A stretch of DNA of 64,000 nt, taken from positions 39,662 to 103,661 of the forward strand of contig JBDRRF010000109.1 in assembly GCA_043825875.1 (NCBI GenBank), written 5' to 3'. This document shows, piece by piece, positions 46,832 through 56,499 of this stretch; the first letter of the stretch is position 1, and each line of letters begins with the position of its first letter. This stretch comes from Pseudomonadota bacterium (GTDB lineage: Bacteria; Desulfobacterota; Desulfobacteria; Desulfobacterales; RPRI01). Under the pieces are notes generated by a model. It saw only the letters and a list, made by a program, of their open reading frames with translations. It did no database searches and had not been told where the DNA came from. The position numbers and the translations under genes were made by a program.

Positions 46832-48222
46832 CAGCGATTTCTGCTAAGCACATTATGTACACATACCGGAATAACGGTTCCGTCTTTCTGGGGGTAGCCA
46901 TTACAGCAACGCCTTGCTCTTGAAAGATCAAATGTGTCTACATCCTGAAAAGAATGAATGAATATGGATTTTATTTTTCTTTCACTGACTTTAAATACTT
47001 TTTGCGGATTAAAACCTGATTCCGGAATACTGCTGATGTGACGCAACAATTCCCGGATCGCATTTAATGCTTTTTTGGATTCGGGATTACTTGCCGCAGG
47101 CCCTGACCAGAGTTCATAAATACTTTTTTTTATCTGTTCATGAGAATCTTCATCAAGACCGAAAATGCCCTGGTTGGCAATAATATCCAGCCAGGCAGGG
47201 ACATCCATCAGGTGGTTAATCGATACATACCCACCTTCGTCAAGCATAAGATAAAAGGCAAGTGAAAAACAGGCCGGATGGGAACAGGGCAAAGGCGTAA
47301 AATCACGAACCTTTACCTGGCCGGTATTTCCCAACAACTGAATTATCTCAGGCAGTGTAAGCCGCTTTTTGGGAACCGCAAGATCTCTTGCGCGTCCTTC
47401 ATATACCATGGGCTGGATCATCAGGCTGATAATATTGTCGGTTGAAAACAACAAGTTTATCATATCGTACAATGCGTGTTCATTTAAATCCCGCATAGCG
47501 GTCATAGTAAGGCTTGTTGAAATATCAGCAGATATGAGGCGATCAAGAATCATTTGTTTCTCTTTGACTAGTGGCAGGCCTCTAAGCTTTTGGTAAATAG
47601 CATCACCAAACCCGTCGAATTGAAGAGAAATAACCACATCACGAGCCTTTAGTTGTGAAAGAAGATCCGGCTTTTTAAGAAGATGCAATCCGTTTGTTGA
47701 AATACTTACACGAACTATTTCCGGTCGGTTTAAAGCATTATCAAGAATGGCCAAAAGGTCAGGATGAATGAGCGGTTCACCTCCGGATAAATTCAAGACG
47801 TCAATCTGTTTTTCCGCTGCAATAAGATGATCTATCATGTTAGAAAATTCTTCGACAGACAGTTGCTCATTACTGCCCGCATCCACCAGGCATATAGGAC
47901 AATTCAGATTGCATTTTTGCGTGATTTCAATAATCGGCAGGCAGAGATGTTGTTCATGACGGTCGCAAAACCCGCATCCTTTTGGGCATGGCATTTCTGC
48001 GTTTCCATAGCTTTTTACAGGTTGAGAAGCTGGCTTGACATAATGAAGTGTTTTTATATAGTCATTAACATCGGCTCTTACAAATACCTTGTTTATGCCA
48101 TGAACCGGACAGAGCTTTTCAAAATAAAGGTCATTGTTTATATTAAGAAGTTTTGCAGGGACCAATTCCCTGCAAACCGGACAGGTGGATTGAGTAATAC
48201 CAAGTAGTTTATGAGCTGACAT
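46831..48222 (-). CDS. Tes/GDGT-MAS (MJ0619)-like radical SAM enzyme, copy A
   Basis: Rubredoxin-like CPVC...CPVHG; auxiliary CPKGCGFCDRH; CNLNCPIC; C-terminal 'FQDVDTFDLSRARRCC..Y...DGTVIPVC'; start MSAHK. Confidence 0.85.
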   Translation of the reverse strand: MSAHKLLGITQSTCPVCRELVPAKLLNINNDLYFEKLCPVHGINKVFVRADVNDYIKTLHYVKPASQPVKSYGNAEMPCPKGCGFCDRHEQHLCLPIIEITQKCNLNCPICLVDAGSNEQLSVEEFSNMIDHLIAAEKQIDVLNLSGGEPLIHPDLLAILDNALNRPEIVRVSISTNGLHLLKKPDLLSQLKARDVVISLQFDGFGDAIYQKLRGLPLVKEKQMILDRLISADISTSLTMTAMRDLNEHALYDMINLLFSTDNIISLMIQPMVYEGRARDLAVPKKRLTLPEIIQLLGNTGQVKVRDFTPLPCSHPACFSLAFYLMLDEGGYVSINHLMDVPAWLDIIANQGIFGLDEDSHEQIKKSIYELWSGPAASNPESKKALNAIRELLRHISSIPESGFNPQKVFKVSERKIKSIFIHSFQDVDTFDLSRARRCCNGYPQKDGTVIPVCVHNVLSRNR

Positions 48223-49633
48223 AAAAGTTTTCATCCTGTTGGCGGTAAAAAAGATTATAAGTACAGGCTGGAATAAGTTTTGTGTCTTCACATGGAACCT
48301 GATCCGGACATAAAACTGTTCTGGAACAGTCAAATGTGTCTTCATCCATATGCGAATGTATACAAATTATACGTACGGCTGATTCCGTCTTTATCCTGCG
48401 TTCGGAAAGGCTCAATGGTTTGCCTGGCGGAAAAATATCTTTCACGAATTGCTTAAATACTGGCAGTATATCCGTCCGGTTCTGGGCATATAGACGGTTT
48501 ACTATATCTGTAAAAAAGTCCTGATCATCATTAACCCGCAGCAAATATGAATCTTTTAGCATGTCATGTTGTTCGGCAGTACTTAATACATTTGAAAACG
48601 GTAAAAATAATGTATCTAATTTAAACAGATAACACAGAGAATAGCATAATGGATGGGCGGAAGGTCTGGAAATAAAATCTTCGGGTTTTATTTCACCTCC
48701 AATCCCATCACATAAAATCTTTGTTGCAACATCAACAGGGATATGTCTTGAGCGCTTATAGTTGCCGCCACCTTGTCCCGTATAAGTCATGGTTTGAATG
48801 GTAAGGCTTAATATGTGATCATTGTTTCGTATCAGATCAATTAGTTTGGGCAGTTGGTCTTCGTTTTCATCCTGAATAAGGACATTCAATAAAGTCATCC
48901 TTACGCCGGCTTTTTTTAAATTATCAATTGCTTTAAGTTTGGTTTCAACAAGGTCTGTTCCATGAATCCGGATGCTTGATTCGGAAGAAAAAGTATTAAA
49001 TGACAAAATAACATATACACCAAGCTCAGCCAGCCGGTCACAGAAAGATTGATCATTTGCTAAAGTAATACCATTGCTGTTAAGAGTTACACGACCGATT
49101 TCCGGCCGTTTGCATATCCTGATTATATCGAAAATATCAGGATGAAGCGTTGGCTCTCCGCCGGTAATATTAAACAGATCACATTCGCCGCTTTGTTCAA
49201 TCACATTGTCTACACGACGCTTCATTTCTTCAAGGGAAATATTATAAATTTTATCCGAGCGATTATAAGTAAAACATATAGGGCAGCGAAGATTACAGGC
49301 ATTGGTTACTGATATCACCGGCAGTTGGCAAGGTGTTGCATGCCAGCTGCATGGGCCGCAGTCATGAGGACATCCCTTTCTGCTGCTTTTTTCATTACCG
49401 GAAGAGATTAACGGTGAATGATCTATCCTTGGTTCGCTTATTCTTTCAAGGTACCAGTTTACATCACCTGCTATCAACGCAGAATCATCTGTGCCGCATG
49501 TATGACAAAGCCGTTGTTGCCAGACTTTATTGTCTTTAAACACAATACGGGCCGGAATAATTTTTTTGCATTGACGGCACATGCCGCGAACGGTTGAAAA
49601 ATAAGTATAATTGCGATCAAAAAGTCTGGACAC
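48209..49633 (-). CDS. Tes/GDGT-MAS-like radical SAM enzyme, copy B
   Basis: CRQC...CHTCG; GCPHDCGPCSWH; CNLRCPIC; 'HMDEDTFDCSRTVLC...LIPACTYN'. Confidence 0.85.
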   Translation of the reverse strand: MSRLFDRNYTYFSTVRGMCRQCKKIIPARIVFKDNKVWQQRLCHTCGTDDSALIAGDVNWYLERISEPRIDHSPLISSGNEKSSRKGCPHDCGPCSWHATPCQLPVISVTNACNLRCPICFTYNRSDKIYNISLEEMKRRVDNVIEQSGECDLFNITGGEPTLHPDIFDIIRICKRPEIGRVTLNSNGITLANDQSFCDRLAELGVYVILSFNTFSSESSIRIHGTDLVETKLKAIDNLKKAGVRMTLLNVLIQDENEDQLPKLIDLIRNNDHILSLTIQTMTYTGQGGGNYKRSRHIPVDVATKILCDGIGGEIKPEDFISRPSAHPLCYSLCYLFKLDTLFLPFSNVLSTAEQHDMLKDSYLLRVNDDQDFFTDIVNRLYAQNRTDILPVFKQFVKDIFPPGKPLSLSERRIKTESAVRIICIHSHMDEDTFDCSRTVLCPDQVPCEDTKLIPACTYNLFYRQQDENFYVSS

Positions 49634-50066
49634 AAATCTCCTCTAACATCATCATGTAAATTTTTGGGTCATAAAACATCTCTAATTGAACAGGTTCTAA
49701 TGTAAAAGCACCTTCGGAAATAATTTGTTTACCGGTTTTAATAAGATACTTGTAACTGCTGTTACTGCCATTGGAGTCGGGCATTGTATTTATCTTACAT
49801 TCAAGTATATCGCCCGGAGCTGTTTGTGCTTTATATTTGACATAGTCAATTGTTTTAAGCAGGCCAATATATTTAAATTGACTTGATACCGCCATAAGAA
49901 AAGCAGCAGATTCCACTGCAAGCTGTAAAATCAGCAATTCAGGGAATTCTCCTTTTCTGCCCCAGCGCTTTAGAAGAGAGAACTCCTCAAATGAAATTGC
50001 CTTTCGGGTGTTAATGGATGTATTTTCGCAATATCGGATAATACTGTCAACCAAACGGAATTTCAT
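49617..50066 (-). CDS. FabZ-like hotdog protein lacking the catalytic His
   Basis: 'FRLVDSI', 'PGDIL'; no HFP motif. Confidence 0.65.
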   Translation of the reverse strand: MKFRLVDSIIRYCENTSINTRKAISFEEFSLLKRWGRKGEFPELLILQLAVESAAFLMAVSSQFKYIGLLKTIDYVKYKAQTAPGDILECKINTMPDSNGSNSSYKYLIKTGKQIISEGAFTLEPVQLEMFYDPKIYMMMLEEICVQTF

Positions 50067-50080
50067 TTACTTTCCTTTTA

Positions 50081-50794
50081 CTATAATCCGCCATCTACAA
50101 TAATTTCCTGAGCATTTATATAGCTTGCATCTTCGCTTGATAAAAAATAGATAACAGAAGCGACTTCGCTCATTTTACCAGGCCTTCCTGCAGTACAATG
50201 TTTTAAATATTCCTCTTTTCTTTTTTCCGGTACCATACTACTGACACCGGATTCCAGCATGCCAGGTGTTACCATATTTACGCGAATTTGATAACGAGCA
50301 AGTTCTTTTGCCAGTGAAACTGTAAAACCGAATACTGCTGCTTTTGTTGTCGCATAATGCACCGGAACTTCAAGGAGGCGTTTCCCGGCAATAGATCCGA
50401 TATTAATAATCACACCTTTTTTGGCGGCTATCATGCCTCTTGCGACTGCCTTGGTTGTCAGAAACATGGATTTCAGATTAGCATTAATAATATAATCCCA
50501 GTCTTCTTCTTCAATCAGAGCAAACGGCATAACCTGAGTTGCACCGGCATTGTTTATCAGAATATCTATAGCAGGGACTTGTTTTTCAATTTGCTCTATC
50601 ATCTGTGCTACCTGGTCCGGCTTGGTTAAATCCGCCTGAATAGGCGTAGCCCCTGTCTTTTCGGCAATTTTTCCGGCGTTTTTACTATTTTGATGAAATG
50701 TAAAAAAAACCCGATCATTTGCCTCGGTATAACGTGCTACCAGCACCTGGCCCAATTCACCGCTTCCGCCTGTGATCAAAACAGTTCTATTCAT
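50081..50794 (-). CDS. fabG: 3-oxoacyl-ACP reductase (SDR)
   Basis: 'TGGSGELG', 'NNAG', 'YATTK', 'VDGG'; likely start MNRTV. Confidence 0.85.
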   Translation of the reverse strand: MNRTVLITGGSGELGQVLVARYTEANDRVFFTFHQNSKNAGKIAEKTGATPIQADLTKPDQVAQMIEQIEKQVPAIDILINNAGATQVMPFALIEEEDWDYIINANLKSMFLTTKAVARGMIAAKKGVIINIGSIAGKRLLEVPVHYATTKAAVFGFTVSLAKELARYQIRVNMVTPGMLESGVSSMVPEKRKEEYLKHCTAGRPGKMSEVASVIYFLSSEDASYINAQEIIVDGGL

Positions 50795-51185
50795 TTTTAT
50801 TCTCCAATGTACTTTCAACCAGATTTATCATGGTTGAAACCCTGAATCTTTTCGGAAATTCCTGAATGGTAAGGCCATCACAGAGTTCTTTTTCCGGGAT
50901 TTCTGTCATGTGTTTGCGGATTAAGGTCATAGCTTCTTTCGTATATACGCCTTCTACTTCAAGCGGAATATCTCCCAGTTCTTTTTGAATCTGTTTTTCG
51001 AATTTACGGGCAGAAAGCTTTATCTTGAAGCGTTGTTCAAGCTGAAAAATCAAGTCCAGTAAATCCAACGAATCCGCACCAAGATCATCAATCAATTTGG
51101 ATGTTTCATGTATGTCAGCACGATTGATATCTACTACTTCAACCAGGCAATCCTTTATGCCGTTAAATATATCTTCTCTTGTCAT
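50787..51185 (-). CDS. Acyl carrier protein with a long insertion (132 aa)
   Basis: 'DLGADSLDLLDL' phosphopantetheine motif; about 45 extra residues before the final helix. Confidence 0.85.
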   Translation of the reverse strand: MTREDIFNGIKDCLVEVVDINRADIHETSKLIDDLGADSLDLLDLIFQLEQRFKIKLSARKFEKQIQKELGDIPLEVEGVYTKEAMTLIRKHMTEIPEKELCDGLTIQEFPKRFRVSTMINLVESTLENKNE

Positions 51186-51192
51186 TATCTGC

Positions 51193-51792
51193 CTAATCTA
51201 TAATTGTTAGTATATGTTTAATATCATTTCGGCCCGGTGGCAACGGGTTTTCATCAGGGTACCCCAGTGCTATAAGACACACCAGTTCTCTTTTATCCGA
51301 AATGTTTAAAATCTGTTTGACTTCATTTTCAGCCGCAAGAAATCCGGAATATACACATGTGCCCAATCCTTTATCATGTGATGCCAAAAGAAGATTTTGC
51401 ACAGCCATACAAGCGGATGCGTAGCTTCCTGTAATTTTAGCTGCGTTTTCACCATATCGTTTAATTAAAAACCGCGGTGGCTTTTTAATATCTGCCATGA
51501 TTAAAACAGGCGCGCTTACAAAAGAAATAAATTTACCTGCATATGTCTTTATAGGATCGTCAATTCCGGATTCTCCATCACATGACTGTGACCATTTCTT
51601 TTCTACTACAGAAGAAATTTGTTTTTTTACTTTATGAGACCGGATTAAGGTAAATCGCCAATCCTGACGGTTCATGGCATTGGGCGCCATAACGGCATAT
51701 TCAATGAGTTCAAACAACAATTCATTCGGCGGCATTTTTTCTAAAAAGCGGTGTACACTTCTTCGGTCTTTTATGGCCTTTAACAAGTCCAT
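51193..51792 (-). CDS. Nitroreductase-family flavoprotein
   Basis: 'RRSVHRF', 'APNAMNRQDW', 'AVQNLLLA...GLGT', 'LGYP'. Confidence 0.88.
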   Translation of the reverse strand: MDLLKAIKDRRSVHRFLEKMPPNELLFELIEYAVMAPNAMNRQDWRFTLIRSHKVKKQISSVVEKKWSQSCDGESGIDDPIKTYAGKFISFVSAPVLIMADIKKPPRFLIKRYGENAAKITGSYASACMAVQNLLLASHDKGLGTCVYSGFLAAENEVKQILNISDKRELVCLIALGYPDENPLPPGRNDIKHILTIID

Positions 51793-52538
51793 TATAAGCT
51801 ATATCCTCCGTCAATCCGCATAACCTGGCCTGTAATATAAGAACAGGCATCGGAACACAAAAAACACACCAGTTCGGCAACCTCAACCGGCAACCCGAAA
51901 CGGCGAAGAGCAATTTTTTTAAGAATTTCTTCTCCGTATTCATTGCGTACCCGTTGTGTCATTTTAGTTTCAATACAGCCTGGAGCAATACAATTAACAA
52001 GAACTCCCTTACGACCCAGTTCAAGAGCCAATACACGTGTAATTGATTCAAGTCCTGATTTTGAAGCAGCATAATTAATCTGGCCGCGACCTCCTCTTGT
52101 AGCAGATAAAGAAGAAATGTTTACAATTCTTCCATAGCGATTTGTTATCATATATTTTGCAACACTGCGGCATAAATAAAAAGCTCCGTTTAAATTAACA
52201 TCAACCACATCTTTCCATTCATTATTATTCATACCCAGAGCAGGTTGTTCTATATTAACTGATGCGCAGTTTATCATTATATCCAGGCGCTTTTCTTTTT
52301 CAAAAATCAATTCACACAACTGATTTATCCGGTCAGAATTTTTTATATCCAGAGAATGCAAGCTGCATGATGAAAGTGTTTTTAAAAACTCTTCGGCACG
52401 CGACATATTTTGATGCGCTGTAAGATAAAGTTTTATATTCTGATGTGATAATTTTTCAACTACAGCTTGACCTATATCACTGCTTACCCCCACAACAAGT
52501 GCAACTTTTGGATTATTTTGGGCCTTATTAATTGCCAT
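51792..52538 (-). CDS. fabG: 3-oxoacyl-ACP reductase (SDR)
   Basis: 'VGVSSDIG', 'GQINYAASK', 'YITGQ..RIDGG'; start about 52538-52547. Confidence 0.85.
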   Translation of the reverse strand: MAINKAQNNPKVALVVGVSSDIGQAVVEKLSHQNIKLYLTAHQNMSRAEEFLKTLSSCSLHSLDIKNSDRINQLCELIFEKEKRLDIMINCASVNIEQPALGMNNNEWKDVVDVNLNGAFYLCRSVAKYMITNRYGRIVNISSLSATRGGRGQINYAASKSGLESITRVLALELGRKGVLVNCIAPGCIETKMTQRVRNEYGEEILKKIALRRFGLPVEVAELVCFLCSDACSYITGQVMRIDGGYSL

Positions 52539-53775
52539 GTTTCGCATTACCTAAAATTATTGCGGCATTTTGTCCGCCAAAACCAAAAGAATTTTTTAAA
52601 ATATTAGTGCCGTTAAATTCTCTTGGGCAGTCCACAATATGATCCAGTTCACATCCATCTCCGGTTTTTTGTAATGATCCATTGGGATGTAGTATATGTT
52701 GAACAAAACCCTGAATACATGCGGCTGTTTCAATTGCCCCGGCGGCACCGATAAGATGCCCGACAAGAGATTTGGTAGATATAACAGGAATGCTTTTCCA
52801 TTTATCTCCAAAAATTCTGCGTAACATAGTGGCTTCCACCTTATCGTTTTGATAAGTCCCTGTACCATGAGCGCTAACAGCATCAATTTTATTTGCTTTA
52901 ATATTTGCATCATTTAAAGCATTTCGAACAGCTTGCTCTCCGCCGGCACCTTCCGGATCAGGAGCGCTTAAATTATATGCATCTAAAGATGTGCCATATC
53001 CTTTAATTTCCGCATAAATGGATTTATTCATTTTTATAGCCTGATCCAAAGGTTCCAGCACAAACATGGCTGCACCTTCTCCTATAACGGTTCCGCTTCT
53101 GGCGGCATCAAAAGGTCTGCACGCGCGCTCACCAAGAACATTATTTGTATTTAAAGCGCCTAATAATTGGAATCCTCCGATGCCCAGTGGATTGATCATG
53201 GAGTCAAATCCGCCACATAGAGCCATATCATAAGAACCGTCCCGGATACGCCGAAACGCATGACCGATTGCCTGAGTGGATGCTGCACAAGCGCTTACGT
53301 TTGAGATTTTTAATCCGGGAGAACCATATACTGTTTCAATCAGTTCACATGCTGTATCTAATGGCATCTGGAGCGGACGTGCCCCATTTTTTAAACTTCT
53401 TTTTACAATATCTTTTAGCTGTGTGCTTTTGTTTTGAATAATCTTTTGAAGGTCGATTGTTTCAAGTGATGTCCCTATATGTAAAAGTGCTTTGGGGTTA
53501 AGATTTTTTATGCCTGCATCTTTCATGGCCTGATCGGCGGCATTTAATGCAAAAGATATTTTAACATCTTCTTTAAATATTTTATCATATTCACTGAAGC
53601 CTGGTATTTGATGTTTAATTTCGCCTGCAAGGTGTACTTCAAATTTACTACTGTCAAAACGCGATATTTTTGATATGCCGGATACACCCTTAGAAATACA
53701 AGACCAGAAAATATCTATTCCAACGCCAAAAGGCGAAACGCATCCGATACCTGTAATAACAACCCTTCTTTTCAT
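52528..53775 (-). CDS. fabF: Beta-ketoacyl-ACP synthase (FabF-like, intact C-H-H triad)
   Basis: 'SACAAS', 'HGTGT', 'GHLIGAAG', 'NSFGFGGQN'. Confidence 0.9.
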   Translation of the reverse strand: MKRRVVITGIGCVSPFGVGIDIFWSCISKGVSGISKISRFDSSKFEVHLAGEIKHQIPGFSEYDKIFKEDVKISFALNAADQAMKDAGIKNLNPKALLHIGTSLETIDLQKIIQNKSTQLKDIVKRSLKNGARPLQMPLDTACELIETVYGSPGLKISNVSACAASTQAIGHAFRRIRDGSYDMALCGGFDSMINPLGIGGFQLLGALNTNNVLGERACRPFDAARSGTVIGEGAAMFVLEPLDQAIKMNKSIYAEIKGYGTSLDAYNLSAPDPEGAGGEQAVRNALNDANIKANKIDAVSAHGTGTYQNDKVEATMLRRIFGDKWKSIPVISTKSLVGHLIGAAGAIETAACIQGFVQHILHPNGSLQKTGDGCELDHIVDCPREFNGTNILKNSFGFGGQNAAIILGNAKHGN

Positions 53776-54719
53776 TTATTTATCTCAAGCGAAAATTCAA
53801 ATCGGGTCCCGCGCGTACCGATCATCTGCCGATTATTAGTAATACCCATCGCGGCCCCTGCAAGAAAAAGAGCAGGCGCTGCAGCAAATGTTCTGCCGAT
53901 AATCGCTGAAAGTGGATCATATACTTTTTCAGCAGAACAGATTACTTCAATATTTTTTATAATGCCATAGATTTTTCTATGGTGATTTATAGCGATTTCA
54001 TCAGATTCAAGTACAAGATATGCCCCCGCAGATGAAGGATAGCTATTTTCTCCCAAAATATTTTGTTGTTTTAAATAAGCAACAGTTGGTGGTAAAGACG
54101 GAGTATCTGCGGCACCGACCAGCACGCAATCGGCTTCCCCTTCTTTGACTGCTTTATAACCTTCAAGTATCGCGCAGGCAGCCTGATCCTCCCATGGATT
54201 AAATATCATGTTTGGACCGGTTACGCCTAGTATTAACGACAGAATGCAAGGTGGCATATTAGGAAGTATTTTAAATGAGTTTAACGGATTAAGAGACGGC
54301 AATCCCTTTTCTCCGAACAAAATATCTGAAAAATTGCCATCTTTATCCATACAGGCCTCAAGCATTTCCCTGCTTTCGCTGATATTTGCAGCAGTAAGTC
54401 CGGTTGCCGAAAAAATTCCTATGCGATGTGGCGCAAACCGTTCTGTGATACAAGCCTCATCGGCAGCTTCTTTACCGGCAAGACAGCCGATAAGAGTGGC
54501 TGTGGACATAAATTTGATGTGTTTACGGTTAAACTGTTTTGATGCCTTTTCAAGTTCGCCAACAGACCCAACGCCAAAATTTTCTAATTGTGTGCCGTGA
54601 AATTCAGATAAGGGTTTAGGATTAACGGATTTCTTTTTTTGGATCGAAGAACAAAAAATATTTTTCCCTATTCCAAAAGGTGAAACAATGCCAATTCCTG
54701 TAATTGCAACTTCAGACAT
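53772..54719 (-). CDS. Truncated KS-like partner (chain-length-factor-like, no catalytic Cys)
   Basis: KS N-terminal 'VAITGIGIVSPFG' and 'LPNM'; 'PWEDQAA' at the Cys position; C-terminal His motifs absent. Confidence 0.75.
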   Translation of the reverse strand: MSEVAITGIGIVSPFGIGKNIFCSSIQKKKSVNPKPLSEFHGTQLENFGVGSVGELEKASKQFNRKHIKFMSTATLIGCLAGKEAADEACITERFAPHRIGIFSATGLTAANISESREMLEACMDKDGNFSDILFGEKGLPSLNPLNSFKILPNMPPCILSLILGVTGPNMIFNPWEDQAACAILEGYKAVKEGEADCVLVGAADTPSLPPTVAYLKQQNILGENSYPSSAGAYLVLESDEIAINHHRKIYGIIKNIEVICSAEKVYDPLSAIIGRTFAAAPALFLAGAAMGITNNRQMIGTRGTRFEFSLEINK

Positions 54720-55173
54720 TATTTTTACCCAGAAGAAAAGCAAGCATATCACTTCGCCTTTTATCAAGATGTGGGTTTTCAATCTCTCGAAAAGAAAAAA
54801 CCAGTCGGGTATCGCCGATTTGTTTACCGCTTCTTGTGATCCGGCCTTTTATTTTTCCACCCATTTCATTGATGGATTCAATATCGGCTTCATATACAAG
54901 GCAATCTCCCGGTTTAACAAAATCGCGGAATTTGGTTTTTTCAATTAAGGATAAAAGTGCTTTTACATTACGCCCCTCATTATTTTTAACCGTTTCTTCA
55001 AGCAGCAACCCGGCTACCTCAGCGAGCCCCTCTAAAATAAGAACACCCGGCATGACAGGTTTTAAAGGGAAATGGTCATCAAAGAAATCTTCGCTTAAAC
55101 TTATATTTTTTGTTGCTTTTGCATACTTGCCGGGTTTCCAGTCTGTAATCCGGTCAATGAGTATAAATCGCAT
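54712..55173 (-). CDS. fabZ: 3-hydroxyacyl-ACP dehydratase
   Basis: 'FILIDRI', 'FFDDHFPLKPVMPGVLILE', 'VKPGD'. Confidence 0.88.
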   Translation of the reverse strand: MRFILIDRITDWKPGKYAKATKNISLSEDFFDDHFPLKPVMPGVLILEGLAEVAGLLLEETVKNNEGRNVKALLSLIEKTKFRDFVKPGDCLVYEADIESINEMGGKIKGRITRSGKQIGDTRLVFSFREIENPHLDKRRSDMLAFLLGKNNV

Positions 55174-55188
55174 TTTTCTCCCGTAAGA

Positions 55189-56463
55189 TTATTTGCCTGG
55201 TTTTTGAAAAAAAGATCGTCTGAAAGTCCACAGCACGAACAATATACTTAGTATAAAACAAAATTCGGTTATTTCTTCCCAGAAATCCATCCAAAATAAT
55301 GAATCATCATAACAATGAAACAAAACAAACCGAAACATAGCAAAAGACATTGTGCCTATTGCTGCGGCAAAAATAAGTTTTGCAGTATGTACGGCATTTT
55401 TATTTTTCCATAATATAAAGGTAGCAGCCAACATTAAAATAGATGCCACAAAAGGTAAATACTGCATTTCAAACAACTGATAAATGACCGGATGGCTGTA
55501 ATTGTAAGCAATATCCACAATAATCGTGTTATAAGAAACCATTTTTAATTTGGCGCAAACAGGCATAAGAGCAATGCCGGAAAAGGCAATTCCTGTAAAT
55601 ATTAATACTCTTTGCAAACCGCAGGTAACATCGTCATATTTTATGCATTGGCGGCATAATCCGGCCAGTGAGCAGGGTTTTTTTTGATCGGAATAATGGA
55701 GCAGATATTTATCTATGCCTTCAAAAAGACCATATAGAAAAAAACCAAAGGCAAGAAGCATACCGACAATATGCAGGTATTCAAACAAATAGGAATCATG
55801 ATTAAAAAAAATATAATTAGCGGCACAACTGTTTTCTCCATTAAAGAAAAAAAACATGGAGTATTTGATTGCGCGCATTTCGGGTTCGGTTTTATTCCAA
55901 AGGATAACAAAAATTATAAATGATAAAAGCGTATATAAAGGTTTGACAACAATGCCGTTAAACACGGCAACCCATTGTAAAACAATTGGTGTGGCCTTAA
56001 ACGGTATAGGTACCTGTTTTTCTGAAGCACTTATAAAATCGCAGTCTGATTTTTGACAAATACTTCCTGCAGCAGCAATCCATGCCTGTATTCCGCCCTT
56101 TATATTAAATGCTTCTATATCAAGTTTTCTTAATTTTCGAGTAATATCAATACTGGCAAGGCCGTTCTCACAAATTACATACACCTTTTTTGATTTCAGA
56201 TTTGTTATCTGCTCGTTTGAAAGATCTTTTTGTAAAAAAGCCTCATATGGCATATTTTGAGCCGAAGGTATATGGGCGTTGTCAAAATCAATACTATCTC
56301 TTACATCAAGAACAGAAATGCTTTTCGGATCTGATTGCAGCTTTTTTATAACTTCTTGTGCGGATATGGTTGGAACATTGGAAAAAATATAATATAATGC
56401 CGGTGGAATAATTAAGGCGATTGAGACAAACAGGATAAAAACAGTTTTTGCAAATCGGGTCAT
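55189..56463 (-). CDS. Rhodanese domain fused to a multi-pass membrane domain
   Basis: 'LDVRD..DF..AHIPSA', active-site loop 'VICENGLAS', 'GGIQAW'; then about 7 TM segments with a Cys-rich loop. Confidence 0.75.
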   Translation of the reverse strand: MTRFAKTVFILFVSIALIIPPALYYIFSNVPTISAQEVIKKLQSDPKSISVLDVRDSIDFDNAHIPSAQNMPYEAFLQKDLSNEQITNLKSKKVYVICENGLASIDITRKLRKLDIEAFNIKGGIQAWIAAAGSICQKSDCDFISASEKQVPIPFKATPIVLQWVAVFNGIVVKPLYTLLSFIIFVILWNKTEPEMRAIKYSMFFFFNGENSCAANYIFFNHDSYLFEYLHIVGMLLAFGFFLYGLFEGIDKYLLHYSDQKKPCSLAGLCRQCIKYDDVTCGLQRVLIFTGIAFSGIALMPVCAKLKMVSYNTIIVDIAYNYSHPVIYQLFEMQYLPFVASILMLAATFILWKNKNAVHTAKLIFAAAIGTMSFAMFRFVLFHCYDDSLFWMDFWEEITEFCFILSILFVLWTFRRSFFQKPGK

Positions 56464-56499
56464 GGCGTATTTACCTTATGCAAATGAGTAAATAAAAGA

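Noticed and set aside
46831..49633. MoaA or methanopterin methyltransferase annotation
   Set aside because: The extra N-terminal metal motifs fit the MJ0619/Tes family, whose pterin-methylase label predates the demonstrated lipid-coupling activity; the context is lipid synthesis
49617..55173. Housekeeping fab operon or canonical aryl polyene cluster
   Set aside because: No fabD, fabH or plsX; no APE glycosyltransferase, acyltransferase or ligase; atypical ACP and Tes-like genes present
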